Source: the human T2T-CHM13v2.0 reference genome, Homo sapiens. From it: a DNA stretch of 64,000 bases. The notes beneath the pieces were generated by a model. That model saw only the letters and a list, made by a program, of their open reading frames with translations. It did not search any database and was not told the origin of the DNA. The translations under genes were made by a program, and so were the position numbers. The stretch is from NCBI RefSeq assembly GCF_009914755.1, contig NC_060925.1; one strand, written 5' to 3'. The stretch's first letter is position 1; each line of letters begins with the position of its first letter. Shown here piece after piece: positions 20,923 to 44,838 of this stretch.

Positions 20923-21869
20923 TCAGATTTTACCAGTTACACATGCACTCATTTGTGTGTGTATGTAGTTCTATGCAGTTTTATCATACATGTAGCTTTG
21001 TGTAATTGCCACCACAATCAAGATACAGACCCATTTCATCACCATAAGCCTCCCTGATGCTTTTATAGTCACATCTACCTTCTTTCTCCCCAGTCCATAA
21101 CCCCAGCAGCCATTCTTCTGTTCTCCATCTTTTAATATTGTTATTCAAATACATTACGTAAATGGAATCACTTATGTAGTGTCATACAGTCTGTAGCTTT
21201 TTAAAAAAATCAATCAGCATAATTCCCTTGAGAACCAGCCAAGGCCTAATTCTATCGTAGTTTTTTCCTTTATGTTGCAGAGTAGTATCTGTGGTATGGA
21301 TGTACTACAGTTTCTTCAACCATTTATACATTGAAGGACATTTGGGTGGTATCTAGTTCTTGGCTATTATAAATAGAGTTGTTATCAACATTCATGTATA
21401 GATTGCAGAGCGCATATAGGTTTTCATTTGCCTGGGATAAATGCCCAAGGGTGCAATTGCTGGGTTGTATGGTAAGTGCACTTTTAGTTTTAAAAGAAAA
21501 TGCCAAAATATTTTCCAGAGTAGCTATCCCATTCTACATTCCTGCCAGCCATGTAAGAGTGATCCAGTTTTTCCCATATCCTTGCCAGAATTTGACATTT
21601 TTTATTTTATCACTCTGTTAGGCATGTAGTGATAATGCATTGTGGTTTTAATTTAGATTGCCCTAATCACTGAGGTTGAACATCTTTTTATTAGCTTGTT
21701 ACCTGTATCTACTCCTCAGTGAAATGTTTTTAGTACACTTGCTAATTATATTGTTTGCTTTTCTACTGTTGAGTTTTGGAAATTCTTTATATTCTAGATA
21801 CTAAATCCTTTGTTGGATATTTGGCTTGCAAATATTTTCTCCCAGTCTGTAATTTATCTTTTCATTCTC

Positions 21870-22551
<682 letters not shown>

Positions 22552-23537
22552 GGGATCATAGTTTTGATATCAAGTTGAAGTACTGTTCTCCCAGCCGTAG
22601 GTTTTGAAGATTTCCTCCTGTTTTTTTTTTTTCCAAAAGTTTCATAGTTTTACATGGTATGTTTAAATCAATGATTCATTTTAAGTTAATTTTTGTAAAA
22701 GGTATGAGGCTCTTCTTTTTTTTTCTTGGCCTACAGACTTTTTTTTTTTCTTCACCAATTGTTGAAAGGGCCGTCCTTCCTCTATTAAATCATGTTTGTA
22801 CCTTTTTTCTTTAAAAAAATCAGTTGTACATTCTTTTGTGATTCTATTGTTTCCTCTATTATATTTCATTGATCTACATATTTATTCTTCCACCAGTACT
22901 CTACTGTCTTGATTACTGAAGTTATTTAGTAAGCCTTAACATTGGGTAGAATGATTCTTCTTACAACATTCTTCTTTTTCAAAATTGTCGTAACTATTTT
23001 AGGTCCTTTACCTTTCCATATAAATTTTAGAATAAGTTATTTATATCTATAAGAAGCCTTGCTGGAATTTGGATAGGAATTATGTAAATCAATTTGGGAA
23101 AAATTGATGTTTTTAGTGTTGAGTTTTCTAAGTCATAAACACAGTATTTCTATTTATTTAGGTCTTCTGTGATTTCTTTCATCAACATTTTGTAATTTTC
23201 AGCATACAGCTCTTATACATGTTTTGTTAGATTTATAACTAAGTATTTCATTTGCTTTGTAGCAATTGTAAATGGTATTGTGTTTTCAGCTTTGGTTTCT
23301 ACATGTTTGTTGATTTTTGTGTGTTGATTCTGTGTCCAGTGACCTTCCTTATTAATTTTTAAAATTGCAGTTAAAAATAGATTTATTAGGATTTTCTGTG
23401 TAGATAATTGTCATCTACAAATAGGGACAATTTTATTTCTTTCTTTCCAATCTGTCTGCATTTATTGTTTTTCTTTCTTTATTGCATAGGCTAGAACTTT
23501 CAGTACTGTGTTGAATAAGAATGATGAGAGTACGTCT

Positions 23538-23677
23538 GTGGTAGGAGAAGGTGGGAGCATCACTTGAGGCCAGGAGTTAAAGGCTGCAGTGAACTATGAT
23601 CATGCCACTGCCACTGCACTCCAGCCTGCGTGACAGAGTGAGACCCTGTCTCAAAAAAAAAAAAAAAAAAAGAAAGA
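23538..23677 (+). mobile_element. Alu right-arm fragment
   Basis: CACTTGAGGCCAGGAGTTAAAGGCTGCAGTG...poly-A. Confidence 0.85.
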
Positions 23678-23903
23678 ATGGTGATGCCATGTTCCTGATA
23701 TTAGGGGGAAAGCATTCAGTCTTTCAGTCTTTCACCACTAATTATGCTGTTACCTGTAGTTTTTTGGTAGATGCTCTCTATCAAGTTGAGTCAGTTCCTC
23801 TCTAATCCTAGTTTGTGAAACTTTTTTTTTTTTGTGCACGTGAATGGGAACTGGATTTTGTAAAATGCTTTTTCTATATCAATATGGTCATATGACTTTT
23901 CTT

Positions 23904-25585
<1,682 letters not shown>

Positions 25586-25639
25586 ATCTCTTTCAGTTCT
25601 TTAAAGATGTTGTTCCATTGTCTTCTTGCTTGCATTGTT

Positions 25640-27114
<1,475 letters not shown>

Positions 27115-27128
27115 TTCTATATGATAAT

Positions 27129-27640
27129 AGAAGTCATTATATAAAAAAGATACTTGCACATGCATGTTTATAGCAGCACAATTCACAATTTCAAAAATAT
27201 GGAACCTGCCCAAATGTCCATTAATCTATAAGTGGATAAAGAAAACATGGTATATATGTATACATCATGGAATACTACTCAGCCATAAAAAGGAGAGAAA
27301 TAATGACATTCGCAGCAACCTGGATGGAATTGGAAATTATTATTCTAAGTGAAGTAACTCAGGAATGGAAAACCAAACATTATATATTCTTACTAATATG
27401 TGGGAGCTAAGCTATCAGGACGCAAAGGCATAAGAATGATACATTGGACTTTGGGGACCTGGGGAAAAGGATTGAGGATGGTGAGGGATAAAAGACTACA
27501 CGCTGGGCACAGTGTACACTGCTAGGGTGATGAGTGCACCACAATCTCAGAAATCACCACTAAAGAATTTATTCATGTAACCAGACACCACCTGTTCCCC
27601 AAAAATCCTATTGAAATAAAAAAATTAAAAATCAAAAACC
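27129..27640 (+). mobile_element. L1PB-type 3' end with A-rich tail
   Basis: AAGTCATTATATAAAAAAGATAC...GAAATCACCACTAAAGAATTTATTCATGTAACC...GAAATAAAAAA. Confidence 0.85.
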
Positions 27641-28853
27641 ACAAAATTCAGAATTACAGGAGCTTTCCTCTCCCACAACCACCTAAGATTCTGGACAACT
27701 ATATTTATAATGGGTATCTCAGATGATTCTCATGAATAAGTCATCCTGATAGATTTTAGGGCCAATTTTTCATAAGAATTCAAGGAAACTGTCTTTGCTG
27801 GGCTATGTGAAATTACCCAGAGCTGCTTATCTCTCATTGGCAGGAGGGTTTGGCATCAGTTGCAGGTGACTTATTTCCTTTTACTGTGGATGATAGAGAT
27901 AATTGAAGAAAAAGCCTTAGTTTGTATTTAAAAAAATAAATAAAATAATGGGTTTGGAAGATATTATTTGCAAGCCTCATGGTAACCTCAAATTTAAAAA
28001 CGTACAATGGATACACAAAAATTAAAAAGCAAAAAATTAAAACATACCACAAGAAAATCATCACCTTCACTAAAAGGAAGACAGGAAGGAAGGAAATAAG
28101 AGAAGACCATAAAACAACCAGGAAACAACAAAATGACAGGAATAAGTCCTTACTTATCAATAAAATAAGTAATTGGTAATCGACTACACTCAACAATCAA
28201 AAGGCATAGAGTGGCTGAATGGATTAAAAACAAAACAAAACAAAACAAGACCCAGTGATCTGATGCCTAAAAGAAATACACTTCACCACTTCTATGCAAA
28301 TGGGAACCTAAAAAGAGCAAGAGTAGCTATACTTATATCACACAAAATAGGTTTCAATACAAAAACTATAAAAAGCGACAAAAAGGTCATTATATAATGA
28401 TAAAGAGGTCAGTTCAGCAAGAGGATATAACAATTATCAATATATATGCATCCAACATGAGAGCACACAGGTATGTAAAGGAAATATTACTAGAGCTAAA
28501 GAGAGAGAGAGAGAGACAACAATAGCTGGAAACTTCAACACCCCACTTCCAGCATTGGGCACATCTCCTAGACAGAAAATCAACAAAGAAACATTGGATT
28601 TAATCTGCACTATAGACCAAATGGACCTAATAGATATTTACAGAACGTTTCATCCAATGGCTGCAGAACACACATTCTTTTCCTTAGCACATGGATCATT
28701 CACAAGGAAAGACCCTATGTTAGGGTACAAAACAAGTCTTAAAACATTCAAAAAATGGAAATAATATCAAATATCTTCTCTGACCACAATAAAATAAAAC
28801 TAAAAACCAATAACAGGAGGAATTCTGGAAATTATACAAACACAAGGAAATTA

Positions 28854-29210
<357 letters not shown>

Positions 29211-29575
29211 GTTTTTCAAGAAAAAGTTTTCTTGAAACAAATGATAGTGGAAACACAACATACCAAAAACTATGACATACATCAAAAAAGGGAAGTTTAT
29301 GGGTATCAGTGCCTACATCAAAAAAGAAGAAAAACTTCAAATAAACGATATAATGATGTATCTTGAAGAATTAGAAAAGCAAGAGCAAACCAAACCCAAA
29401 ATAAGTAGAAGAAAAGAAATAATAAAGATCAGAGCAGAAATAAGTGAGATTGAAATGAAGAAAACAATACAAAAGATCAATGAAACAAAAAGTTGGTTTT
29501 CTGAAAAGATAAAATTGACAAACCTTTATCCAGACTAAGAAAAAAAGAAAGAAGGCCCAAATAAGGGAAATCGGA

Positions 29576-30286
<711 letters not shown>

Positions 30287-31329
30287 TTATATGCTAATAA
30301 ATTGGAAAGTCTAGAAGAAACAGATAAATTCCTAGACACATACAACCTACCAAGACTGAACCATGAAGAAATCCAAAACCTGAACAGGCAAATAACAAGT
30401 GATGAGATTGAAGCCATAATAAAAATTTCGTCAGCAAAGAAAAGCCTGGAACCTGATGGCTTCACTGCTGAATTTTACCAAATATTTTAAAACTGATAAT
30501 ACCAACCCTGCTCAAATGATTCCAAAAAATAGAGGAAGAGGGAATACTTGTAAACCTAATACTTGTAAACTATGCACTATGAGGCCAGTATTACCAGTAA
30601 ACTAGACAAAGCCTCACCAATAAAAGAAAACTACAGGCCAATATTCCTCATGAACATTGATGCAAAAATCCTCAACAAAATAGTAGAAAACCAAATTCAA
30701 CAACACATTAAAAAAAGCATTCATCATTACCAAGTGGGGTTTATCCCAGGGATGCAAGGATGTTTCAACATATGCAAATCAGTCAGTGTGATACATCATA
30801 TCAACAGAATGAAGGACAAAAACTATATGATCATTTAAGTTGATGCTGAAAAAGCATTCGAAAAAATTCAACATCCCTTCATGATAAAAATCCTCCAAAA
30901 AAGTGGGTATTAAAGGAACATACCTCAATACAATAAAAGCCATCTAGGACAGACCCACAGCTAATATCATACTTAAAGTAGAAAACTGAAAGCATTTCCT
31001 CAAATATCTGGAACAAGACAAGGATGCCCACTTTCACCACTGTTATTCAAGTCCTAACTGGAGCAAACAGACAAGAGAAAGAAATAAAGGACATCAGAAT
31101 TGAAGGAGGAAGTCAAATTAGCCTTGTTTGCAGATAATACATCTAATATTCAGAAAAACCTAAAGACTCCACTAAGAAAACTATCAGAACTGGTAAACAA
31201 ATTTAGTAAAGTTTCAGGATACAAAATCATCATACAAAAATCAGTAGCATTTCTATATGCCAACAGTGAACAATCTGAAAAAGAAATCAAGAAAGTAATA
31301 CCATTTACAATAGCTACAAATAAATTTAA

Positions 31330-31402
31330 CCCATTACCCATTTGCCCTGAGAAATGAGCACTGGCAGCGAGCTGCACTTTTTTTGTCTGAATAGGAAATG
31401 GG
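31330..31402. mobile_element. piggyBac-family MITE (MER75A-like)
   Basis: TTAA TSD at 31326-31329 and 31403-31406; CCCATT...AATGGG TIRs; AAATGAGCACTGGCAGCGAGCTGCAC core. Confidence 0.88.
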
Positions 31403-31695
31403 TTAAATACTTAGGATTTAACCAAATAAGTGAAAGATTTCTACAATGAAAACTATAAAACACTGATGCAAGAAACTGAAGAAGACACCAAAAACTGGTA
31501 AGATAGTCCATGTTCATGGACTGGAAGAATCAATATTATTAAAATATCCATACCACCCAAAGCAATCTACAGAGTCAATGCAATCTCTATCAAAATACCA
31601 ATGATATTCTTCACAGAAATAGAAAAAAAAATCCTAAAATTTATATGAAACCACAAAAGACCTGGAATAGCCAAAGCTATCCTAAGCAAAAAGAA

Positions 31696-32171
31696 CATTC
31701 TGTGTCTTTTAGGTGGAGTGTTTAGGACATTTACATTCAATGTTAGTTTTGAGATGCGAGGTACAGGTTGCTAGGGAACTGGGGGAAAGCCGGCAGTTAC
31801 AGGCCTCACCCTGCTCCCAAGCAGCCCACAGTCCTAAAGCTGATCTTACTCCCACCATGCCCCTGCAACAGCACCAAGTTTATTTCTAAGCAGCTGGTGA
31901 CCAGGGCTGAGAACTTGCCCCATTGAGAAAGCAAGCAGCCTCCCCATGAGCCTCCCCATTGAGAAAGCAAGCGGACTCACAGTTTTTTGGCATCTCAGGG
32001 AGCCTGCAGGGGTGATGAAGTTCCTTCAAAGGGTGTGTGGATTCTTTCGGCTTTCTTGGTATGTTCCTATGGTAGTTCTTGGAGCAAAAGTTCACGATGT
32101 GAGTCTCCACATGCTGTTCTGTCCATCTGAGTGGGACGCGCAAGCTAGTCTTTCCTCGTATCCACCATCTT
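31696..32171 (-). mobile_element. L1PB 5'UTR joined directly to the ORF2 start (ORF1 absent)
   Basis: Minus strand AAGATGGTGGATACGAGG...CAACCT followed by GTACCTCGCATCTCAAAACTAACATTGAATGTAAATG ([12 protein letters not shown], the L1 ORF2 N-terminus). Confidence 0.75.
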
Positions 32172-33541
32172 AATCTCCTAAGTCGAATTCTGAATTTCAA
32201 ACAAATTCTTTAGGAGATTCTTCTGCCTGCTTATATTGGAGAACCCCAAATCCAGTCCTATAGTTTAGATGGAGTAACTGAAATGCCCACAAACCCATTA
32301 TTTTAAACTGATGACAATGCTGCCTGCATAAACAAACAAGCAAAAAACAAATGAACAAAACCCCCAAAATTAATAAAAACTCTACACTTTAACTTTGTCT
32401 TCCTGCATTTTAACTTATTGTTGTTTATATTTTATTATACTGTCTATGTCATGAAAGTTGTTTTAGTTATTTTTGTTGATCAGTTCATCTTTTCGTCTTT
32501 CTACTTAAGATATGAGTAGTTTACATACCACAATTACAGTGTTAATGACATTCTGTGTTTTTCTGTGTGCTTACTGTTACCAGAGAGTTTTGTACCTTCA
32601 GATAATTTCTTATTGCTTATTAATGTCTTTTCCTTTCAGGCTGCAGAACTCCCTTTAGCATTTCTTGTAGGAAGGGTCTGGTATTGATGAAATCCCTTAG
32701 TTTTTGTTTGTCTGGGAAAGTCTTTATTTCTCCTTTATGTTTGAAGGATTTTTTTTTCCAGATATACTATTTTAGAGTAAAAGTTTTTCCCTTTAGCACT
32801 TTAAATATGTCATACCACTCTCTCCTGGCCTGTAATGTTTCCACTGAAAAGTCTGCTGCCAGACATATTGCCATTGTATGTTATTTGTTTCTATTCTCTG
32901 GCTGCTTTTAGAATCCTTTCTTTTTCCTTGACCTTTGGGAGTTTGATTATTAAATGCCTTGATGTAGTCTTCTTTGGGTTAAATATGCTTGGTTTTCTAC
33001 AACCTTTTTGTACTTGAATATTGTTATCTTTCTCTAGGTTTTGGAAGTTCTCTGTTATTATCATCTTGAATAAACTTTCTACCCCCATCTCTTTTTCTAC
33101 CTTCTCTTTAAGGCCAATAACTCTTAGATTTGCCCTTTTGAGGTTATTTTCTAGATCTTGTAGGCATGCTTCATTCTTTTTTATTTTGTCTCCTCCGTGT
33201 ATTTTCAAATAGCTTCTTCTCAAGCTTACGGATTCTTTTTTCTGCTTGATCAGTTCTGCTATTAAGAGATTCTGATGCATTCTTCAGTAGATCATTGCAT
33301 TTTTTAACTCCATAATTTCTGCTTATTTTTAATTATTTCAATTTTTGTTAAATTTATGGGATAGGATTCTGAATACATTTTCTGTATTATCTTGAATTTC
33401 TTTGAGTTTTCTCTAAACAGATATTTTGAATTCCGTCTGAAAGGTCACATATCTCTGTCTCTCTGGGATTGGTTCCTGGTACCTTATTTAGTTCGTTTGC
33501 TGAGGTCCTGGATAGTCTTGATGTTTGTGGATGTTCATCAG

Positions 33542-36139
<2,598 letters not shown>

Positions 36140-38028
36140 ATCAGTGTCTAGGCACTGAAGAGTTAGCTATTTATTGTGATCTTTGCAGTCTGGGCTTGTT
36201 TGTACCCATCCTTCTTGGAAAGGCTTTCCAGGTATTTGAAGGGACTTGAGTGTTGTGATCTAAGTTTTTGGTCAGCGCAGCCATAGCTGCATTAGGGGGT
36301 ACCTCAAGCCCAGTAACACTGTGGCTCTTGCAGACTCATAGAGGTATAACCTTGTGGTCTTGGATAAAATCTAGAAGAATTCTCTAGATTACCAGGTAGA
36401 GACTCTTCTTCTCTTCCCTTAAATTCTCCCAAAGAGTTTCTCTCTCTGTGCTGAGATACCTGGAGCTGGGGAAGGGGTGACACAAGTATCCCTGTGGCCA
36501 CCACCACTGGGATTGCACTGGGTCAAACTTGAAGCCAGCACACCACTGGGTCTTGCCCTAGGCCTGCTGTAACCACTACCTGGCTACTGCCTATGTTTGC
36601 TGAAGGCCCTAGGGCTCTACACTCAGCAGGTGGTGAAGCCAGTCAAACTTGTATACTCCCCTTAAGAGCGGTGAGTTCCCTTGGGCCTTGGATGGGTCCA
36701 AAGATGCTGTCCAGGGTTCAGAGCCTTAGAAATCTACCTGGTGCTCTATTCTACTGTGGCTGAGCTGGCACCAAATCCACTGGAACGAGTCTTTTCCACT
36801 CTTCCCTCTCCTTTCCCCAGCAGGCAGAGGAGTCTCTCCTCATGCACCACTACAGGCCCATGGGGAGCAGTGCTAGGATACTGCGGATGTTCATTTAAGG
36901 CCCAAGGCTGTTCAGTCAGCTTGTGTTGAATGCTCTCAAGCCTGGGACTCACCCTTCAGGGCAGTGGGTTCCCCTCTGGCCCAGGATAGGTCTAGAGATG
37001 CTGTTCAAGAACTGAAGTTTGGAATCAGGGACCCCAAGAGCCTGGTTGGTGCTCTTCCCCACTGTAGCGAAGCTGGTACCTAAGCTCCAGACAGAGTCCT
37101 CTTTATTCTTTCCTCTGCTTTTCTCAAGCAGAAGGGTTCTCTCCTCGTAGCGACCACAGCTGTGAATGTGCGGGGTCACAACTGAAGCCAGCATGTCCGA
37201 GTCTAACCCAAGGCCCTCAGTATGTACTACCTGATTACCACTGCTGATTATTCAGGGCTCAAGGGCTCTTTAGTCAGCAGATGATAAATCCTATCAGGAA
37301 TAGGACCTTCCCTTCAAGGTAGCGGGCTCCCTTCTGGCCTAGGGTGTGTCTAGAAATGTTGTTTAGGAGCTAGGCCCTAGAATGGGGGCCTCATGACTCT
37401 GCCCAGTGCCCTATCTTTCTGTAGCTGTGCTCATATCCAAGTTGCAAAACAAAGTCTTCTTTACTCTTTCCTCTCCTCTCCTCAAGCAGAAGGAAGGGGT
37501 CACTTTTGGAGCTGTGAGCTGTACTACCTAGTTTTGGGGGAGAGGTGATGCAAGCACTCCCTTAGCCACCTCAGCTGGTGTCTCATTAGGTCGTGTGCTC
37601 CTCAGGTCCTTTGGCTCTGAGCCCAGCACAGCACTAGAAGTCATCTAGGAGTTGTACTCTTTATGGCCTAGACAGTCTTTCAAGTTAATTTAGGGCTCAG
37701 AGCACGTTAGCCTGCGGTGACAAGGCTTGCTGAAATTCAAGTTCTGACCAGTGGAGTGGGCGATTCCCCTCTGGCTAGGGTTGATCTAAATCATCCCTCC
37801 TTGGGCCCTGGCTGAGTTCTGCCCAGTGTTGGCAGTACTGCATTCCAGTGCAAAATCTCACAATCAATGCACTCTCCCTTCCTTAAGCACACAGATTCTC
37901 TCTCTGTGCCACACAGCTGACCACTGGCAGGGGAATGGGGAGGGATGGTGTTGGCAATTCAAAACTGTCTTTCCTACCCTCTCCAGTGCCTCTTTGAGTG
38001 ATATGAAGTTAAAACCAGGTACTGTGAA

Positions 38029-39960
<1,932 letters not shown>

Positions 39961-40327
39961 CCCTCTGTTACATACCTGCCCTTCGTTCATAAACTTATAT
40001 AGTCACTCTCTGCTTCTCCATATTGGGCCACTGGGTGCACCTTCCAAGATGGTAGCTTTTCTTGGTTATTCAGAATCCCTTACAGGTAAGAACTCAGGTT
40101 TTAACAGGAAGATCTTTCCTTTTCTTCACTGAGCTTTCTCCTCCTAAAACACTACAACTACTGACCAATAGAAGAGAAGCTCCTTTGTAGGTCATTTATT
40201 CTTTCAGAGTTTCTCTTTTGTTTCTAGGCATCAGCCTTCTTCCATTCCAGGTAGACTGCTATGTTTCTTTCTCTTTCTTTTCCCACACCTTCTTTCCTTC
40301 CCCTCACCTCACCCCACCACCGCCCCC

Positions 40328-40593
<266 letters not shown>

Positions 40594-40856
40594 CCTCTTC
40601 TTTCTTTTAAAACTTTAATTATGGAAAATTTTAAGCGTGCAAAGAAAAATAGACTGATACAATGAATTCCCATGTATCCATCCACAATCATCAACTTGTA
40701 AAACTTCAGTTTTCTAATGCTTCTGATTTGGGAACACTGGGAACTTGTTTTCAAGTTACATTAGAAATCATGCAGTAGGGAATGCACAACTTTTTTTATC
40801 TTGTCAGTCATATGGAAGGGACGCTTTCCCTTTGAGGTGGTTTATTATCCAGGTGA

Positions 40857-41235
<379 letters not shown>

Positions 41236-41474
41236 GTTTTATGCATAGTCCTTAAGTGCAGCCTGTAGCTTTCACTGTGTTTTGTTTATACTCTCTAGAT
41301 GATTTGGGCCATATTTCATCTTTCATCTAGGTTTATATTCCTTGAATGTAATCACTAAGTTTTTTTCCTGTATACACACATACACTTATATGCCTATATA
41401 TACATGAATATATACGTATACATACCTAGAATGCTCTTTCTATATCAACTATGCCAAGTGAATAAAAGCAAACT

Positions 41475-41700
41475 AGCATCATGTAGTAAGAGGCACCTGA
41501 TAGAATCCTGGCATCACACCTCACTAGTTGGTGCAGCTTTTTAAAGGTTGCTAAAACTCTATGAGATTCAGTATTGTCATCTGCAAATTGAATAACACTA
41601 CCTTCAAGATGATTGTTTGGATTAGAAATAATGCAAGTAGAGTGCTTATCACAGTGCCTGATGCACAGTACTAACGCAATAAGTGATATCTATTATGATT
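41475..41700 (+). mobile_element. MIR SINE
   Basis: CAGTATTGTCATCTGCAAATTG...ACAGTGCCTGATGCACAGTA. Confidence 0.65.
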
Positions 41701-43029
41701 ATGACAGATGCAGCATTGCTGTGAAAAGGATAGCAAAGAGTATTATCCCCAGGTCGGCTGACTAAACAGGCTCCGGATGGACTAAAACACTGACGAAAGT
41801 CACGTAAAGAGCCAGTGACAGATCTATAACCAAACTCATAAATGTCACATCCTAGACCCAGAGTCTCCTGTAAACATACCAAAATCTAATTTCTGCTTAT
41901 ATCTTTATGGGAGAATTCTATTTTCTAACAGAAATAAGACATTCTCAGCAGCTCATTTCAAGGGGATTTACTAAATTTATGATTCCAGGCATATAGTTTC
42001 AGGCTTTGTGCCTGAAACCATGTCCTTACATTTACAATCATATTTGAGGTGAGCCTATCAGACCAGTACAACCAAAACACCAGCTGTGATATTTTTACTG
42101 AGTTTATTTGTAGACAGGTTGGTTCTCAGAATCGTAGACTATTAGTGGACAGTTTGTAAACAGATGGAGAGAAGTGCTTCAAGAATTCACACAGAGAAAG
42201 GAATGTTAGGAGCCCTTCCTCCTTCTGTCTTTCTGTTCCTCTCTCTCTCACACACACATATTCCTTTTGATCTTTTACCCTCTAGGTTCTGGAGAGGTAT
42301 ACACACTTCTGTATTTTCTCCCCAAAGTGGAGAAATGGTTTTTCTCAGCTGTTTCCCTCCATATTTTACTGACTGATAAAAATATGTCATAGTTACAGCT
42401 ATCATCTGCAGCTATTTAAAGGATGTAAGTTCTGCCTAAAAGGTAAAGGCAACTTCAAGCAAAAACAGTGAAAATTGTATAGAAGAAGCTTCCCTTTCTG
42501 TTCTAAACAGTTAGGTGAGAAAAGCGCTATTTGAAGCGGTTCTGGAAGGATGTACCTGTAACTATGGCCTACTGATATGACATCCCTTCTCACTCTGGAT
42601 CACAATGTTACATTCTCCTTTTAGCAGGGATCGCCATAAGCAAGTTAGATCAAATCATGATGAATTACCTAGGAAAGAGTAAAAAACAGAGGCCATTGGA
42701 AACCCTTTCCTTCTTTAAAAACCCTTTCCTTCTTTATTGTTTCTTTAAAAAGAAACAATAAATCTTCTTTCTCTTAATCTTTTTGAAAACCCTATTCTTT
42801 CATTAAGCACAGGGCATGTTTGTGTCTCTACACCATTCCTGGTGCTTTACACATAGCAGGCACTCAGTAAATAATTATTTTTGATGCTGAATATATAAGT
42901 TGATACTAGTTGAGAATCTAGTATGTGACCTAACCTTGTTAGGTATGATATGATACGAGCTACTAAAGAGGTATAAGTCAAAAATCCTGGCTTTTATTAA
43001 GCTTGCACTCTAAATGGGGCCATAGCAAT

Positions 43030-44500
43030 TTTGAGAAGAGTTTGGCTATTATTTCCTTGAGTGTTTTGGCTACCCCATTCTATTTCACTCCTTTTGGTAC
43101 TCCAATTGTACTTACGTTAAATCTTTTGATAAGGGCCCACAGGTTCCTGAAGCTCTGTCAATTTTTTTTCCCATCTTTTTTCGCTCTGATCTTTAAATTA
43201 GATAATTTATCTATCTGTTAATCAATCTTCAAGTTCACTGACGCTTTCTTCTATATCTTTATTCTGCTGTTAAGCCCATTCAGTAATTTTTTTTTGGGGG
43301 GGTGGGGGGGAACAGAGTCTTGCTTTGTCATGCATGCTGGAGTGCAGTGGCACAATCATAGCTCATTATAGCCTCGAGCTCCTGGGCTCAAGCAATGCTA
43401 CTGCCTCAGCCTCCTGAATAGGACTGCAAGAACTACAGACATGTGCCACCATGCCCGGCTAATTTTTCAAAATTTGTTGTAGAGACTAGGTTTCTCTATG
43501 TCACCCAGACTAGTCTCAAACACCTGGCTTCAAGCAATCCTCCTGCCCCGTCTTTCCAAAATGCTTGGATTATAGGCATGAGCCATCATGCCTGGCCCCT
43601 ATCTAGTAATTTTTAAATTTTAGATGTGTTTTTCAGTTCTATAATTTCTATTTAGTTATTTTTTAGAGTTTCTATTTACCTGCTGACAATTCCTATTTTT
43701 TCATTTATTAACAAGTGTATTTCCCAAGCGCATTTTCCTTTAAGTCCTTGAGCTTAGTTGTAATAATTGTTTCATATAACCCTGTCTACTAATTCCAATG
43801 TATGAATCATTTCAGGGTTGATCTTCATTGATTTTATTCTTTTTCTTGATATGAGTAGTGTCTTCCTGTTTCTTTGAATATTGAATAATTTTGAACTGTA
43901 TCCTGAACATTGTCAATACATTGCAGAGATTCTGAGTTCTGCTATGTTTCTCTGAAGAGTATTTTTCTTCTTTTTTTTAATGGTAGGCAGTTAACTTGGC
44001 TGAATTCAAATGCTAAACTTTATCTTCCCTGCTGTGAGTGGTAGCTCACATTTCTGCTCAGGTCTTTTATTCTTCAAGTCTGACTCACACACATGTGGTT
44101 CCAGCATCAGCTGGACAGTTGGTCAGAATTTATATACACAATTTGGGGCTCCCCCTTTCTGGCCCTCTCCCTTTCAGGATTTCCCCCACTTTGCTTTCCA
44201 GCATCTATATTTCCCTCACATCCCATCCTTTGGTTCACACCAGTAAGACTTTGGTTTTTTTTTCTGACTTTTAGCTGCCCTGCATAGTGCCATTTGGGGG
44301 CTTTCCCTCAGGATAAAAGCCGTAAAAATGGGATGCTCCCTTAGTGCTTTTCCCCTCTTTCAAATGTCCACTCCCCTCCAGCATCTACCTACTTTCGGTT
44401 GCTCTTTTGTGACTTTAGAAAGATGTTTTTATTTTCTGTCCAGAGCTCACTGTTGTTATCTGTGAGAACATTGGTCTGATAGGAGCTATTAATACATGGC
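43030..44500 (-). mobile_element. Old L1ME-like ORF1/5' fragment with an AluJ (-) at 43285-43597
   Basis: CTTCAAGTTCACTGA...TTCTGCTGTTAAGCCCATTCAGT antisense L1M motifs. Confidence 0.65.
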
Positions 44501-44516
44501 CATGACTGGGAGCAGG

Positions 44517-44838
44517 TGTCTTAGTCCATTTGGGCTGCTGTAACAAAACACCATAGACTGGGCAGCTTGTAAACAACAAACATTGATTTTTCGGTGCTGG
44601 AGGCTGGGAAGTCCAAAGTCAATATGCCAGCAGCTTTGGTGTCTTGTGAGAGCCTGATTTCTTGTAGATGGTGTCTTCTTGCTGGGTCCTCACGTGTTGA
44701 AAGGGGGCAAGGCAGTTCTTGGCACTAATCCCATTGATGAGGACCCCACCCTCATGACCTAATTGCCTAATCGTCACACTAGGGATTAAGTTTTCAACAT
44801 ATGTATTTCAGTGGGACACAAACATTCAGATCATAGCA
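44517..44838 (-). mobile_element. MaLR solo LTR (MLT1A/MST-like)
   Basis: TGTCTTAGTCCATTTGGGCTGCTGTAACAAAACACCATAGACTGGG...CATTCAGATCATAGCA. Confidence 0.88.

Noticed and set aside
41789-41826. CTGACGA followed by a GTCAC/GTGAC stem, hammerhead-like
   Set aside because: The GAAA after stem II and stems I/III are missing.
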